Below, piece by piece: positions 1 to 284 of a stretch of DNA of 284 nucleotides (its first letter is position 1; each line of letters begins with the position of its first letter). This DNA comes from Escherichia coli (GTDB lineage: Bacteria; Pseudomonadota; Gammaproteobacteria; Enterobacterales; Enterobacteriaceae): assembly GCF_003334405.1 (NCBI RefSeq), contig NZ_QOWM01000070.1. One strand, 5' to 3'. The notes under the pieces were generated by a model, which saw nothing but the letters and a program-made list of their open reading frames with translations, was not told the DNA's origin and ran no database searches. The translations under genes were made by a program, and so were the position numbers.

Positions 1-75
1 GGTCGTTAGCTCAGTTGGTAGAGCAGTTGACTTTTAATCAATTGGTCGCAGGTTCGAATCCTGCACGACCCACCA
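1..75 (+). tRNA. tRNA-Lys (anticodon UUU), 5'-partial: first G of the gene lies outside the window
   Basis: Seen in sequence: 1-75 is identical to 209-283 and matches the E. coli-type tRNA-Lys(UUU) sequence I recognise (GGGTCGTTAGCTCAGTTGGTAGAGCAGTTGACTTTTAATCAATTGGTCGCAGGTTCGAATCCTGCACGACCCACCA). Anticodon loop CUUUUAA at 31-37 with anticodon TTT at 33-35; T-loop TTCGAAT at 53-59 flanked by stem gcagg (48-52) / cctgc (60-64); acceptor 3' strand acgaccc (65-71), discriminator A (72), encoded CCA (73-75). The paralog (lysT/W/Y/Z/Q/V) cannot be assigned because the copies are identical. Confidence 0.96.
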
Positions 76-82
76 ATTTAAA
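76..82 (+). promoter_or_regulatory. AU-rich 3' trailer (ATTTAAA) immediately after CCA; candidate RNase E cleavage site
   Basis: Seen in sequence: atttaaa at 76-82, and the same a follows the second CCA at 284. Established knowledge: RNase E separates polycistronic tRNA precursors by cutting AU-rich single-stranded sequence a few nt downstream of CCA. The assignment to this site is inference. Confidence 0.45.
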
Positions 83-113
83 GGTGGTTACTGGTAGAGA
101 ACGTGAAGGATAA

Positions 114-129
114 CGTTGCGTTAGCAACG
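114..129 (+). other. Hairpin: 6-bp stem cgttgc / gcaacg with GUUA loop
   Basis: Seen in sequence: 114-119 cgttgc is the exact reverse complement of 124-129 gcaacg, with loop gtta at 120-123. An overlapping alternative is taacg (111-115) / cgtta (119-123). Not followed by a T-run, so not an intrinsic terminator. Confidence 0.5.
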
Positions 130-140
130 GCCCGAAGGGC
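130..140 (+). other. Short GC hairpin gccc-gaa-gggc
   Basis: Seen in sequence: gccc (130-133) pairs with gggc (137-140) around loop gaa (134-136). It abuts the previous hairpin and is not followed by a T-run. Confidence 0.4.
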
Positions 141-156
141 GAGACGAAGTCGAGTC

Positions 157-174
157 ATCCTGCACGACCCACCA
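157..174. repeat. Exact 18-nt copy of the tRNA-Lys 3' end (atcctgcacgacccacca) inside the spacer
   Basis: Seen in sequence: 157-174 is identical to 58-75 and 266-283, so the 18-mer occurs three times in direct orientation. The flanking bases differ (c at 156 versus a at 57), which bounds the repeat. Confidence 0.92.
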
Positions 175-207
175 TCCTGAATGATTAAGGCAGCATAATC
201 CCGCAAG

Positions 208-283
208 GGGTCGTTAGCTCAGTTGGTAGAGCAGTTGACTTTTAATCAATTGGTCGCAGGTTCGAATCCTGCACGACCCACCA
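208..283 (+). tRNA. tRNA-Lys (anticodon UUU), complete 76 nt with encoded CCA
   Basis: Seen in sequence: 208-283 is gggtcgttagctcagttggtagagcagttgacttttaatcaattggtcgcaggttcgaatcctgcacgacccacca. Acceptor 5' strand gggtcgt (208-214) pairs with acgaccc (273-279); anticodon loop cttttaa at 239-245 with anticodon TTT at 241-243; discriminator A at 280; CCA at 281-283. Identical to copy 1, so the paralog cannot be assigned. Confidence 0.97.
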
Positions 284-284
284 A
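209..284. repeat. Second copy of a perfect 76-nt direct repeat (first copy 1-76), period 208 nt
   Basis: Seen in sequence: 1-76 and 209-284 are identical base for base, comprising the tRNA gene plus the first trailer base. Confidence 0.95.

Larger units (their letters stand above)
83..174 (+). pseudogene. Putative decayed tRNA-Lys-like relic inside the spacer (not a functional tRNA)
   Basis: Seen in sequence: 83-90 ggtggtta matches tRNA 1-8 ggtcgtta at 7/8; 92-99 tggtagag matches the D-loop 16-23 at 8/8 after a 6-nt gap relative to the tRNA; 149-153 gtcga resembles T-loop gttcga (52-57); 157-174 is an exact 18/18 copy of the tRNA 3' end 58-75. The acceptor stem (5/7 pairs possible) and T-stem cannot form canonically and there is no 7-nt anticodon loop, so this is a relic or tRNA-like element rather than a gene. 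Homology of the middle part (100-148) is uncertain. Confidence 0.4.
76..207 (+). other. Intergenic transcribed spacer between two tRNA-Lys genes (132 nt)
   Basis: Seen in sequence: lies between the CCA end of copy 1 (75) and G1 of copy 2 (208). No convincing -35/-10 pair and no hairpin followed by a T-tract, so it is most likely co-transcribed with the flanking tRNAs and removed by RNase E/RNase P processing (established knowledge for polycistronic tRNA operons in enterobacteria). Confidence 0.8.

Noticed and set aside
3-113. Open reading frame in + frame 3 running through the first tRNA into the spacer (stop taa at 111-113)
   Set aside because: It overlaps a tRNA gene that is recognised with high confidence and has no start codon context. 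It is an artefact of reading a structural RNA as codons.
130-151. Possible intrinsic terminator at the GC hairpin gcccgaagggc or the weak gac-gaa-gtc hairpin (143-151)
   Set aside because: No downstream T-tract, and the stems are only 3-4 bp.
78-158. 26-codon ORF on the minus strand (ATG at complement of 156-158, stop at complement of 78-80; MTRLRLALRAVANATLSFTFSTSNHL)
   Set aside because: It lies antisense within a tRNA operon spacer, has no properly spaced Shine-Dalgarno (GGA directly abuts the ATG) and is very short. Nothing in the sequence suggests it is expressed, so it is most likely a chance ORF.
76-174. Possibility that 76-174 is a functional long-variable-arm (type II) tRNA
   Set aside because: Acceptor-stem pairing is broken at two positions, no T-stem partner exists for cctgc (159-163), and there is no 7-nt anticodon loop. 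It is better explained as a relic, as reported in the findings.
181-198. Plus-strand mini-ORF atg att aag gca gca taa (5 codons)
   Set aside because: Too short and without a ribosome-binding site, so it is treated as chance.
194-199. -10-like hexamer CATAAT, 8 nt upstream of the second tRNA
   Set aside because: No acceptable -35 element at 16-18 bp spacing (171-176 is accatc). An internal promoter is unnecessary in a polycistronic tRNA operon, and AT-rich hexamers are common by chance.

Overview
The window holds two identical copies of an enterobacterial-type tRNA-Lys(UUU) gene on the + strand (1-75, missing its first base at the window edge, and 208-283), separated by a 132-nt spacer (76-207). 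No protein-coding gene or novel multi-gene system is supportable in 284 nt. The most notable content is the spacer itself, which looks like a decayed tRNA-Lys relic: a 5' block at 83-99 resembles the acceptor/D-arm, an exact 18-nt copy of the tRNA 3' end including CCA sits at 157-174, and two adjacent hairpins lie between (114-129 and 130-140). The arrangement fits my recollection of the E. coli-type lysT-valT-lysW-valZ-lysY-lysZ-lysQ cluster, where consecutive Lys genes are separated by spacers of about this size; because the Lys copies are identical, I cannot say which junction this is. All coordinates and matches were counted by hand from the sequence and no database search or folding was run.
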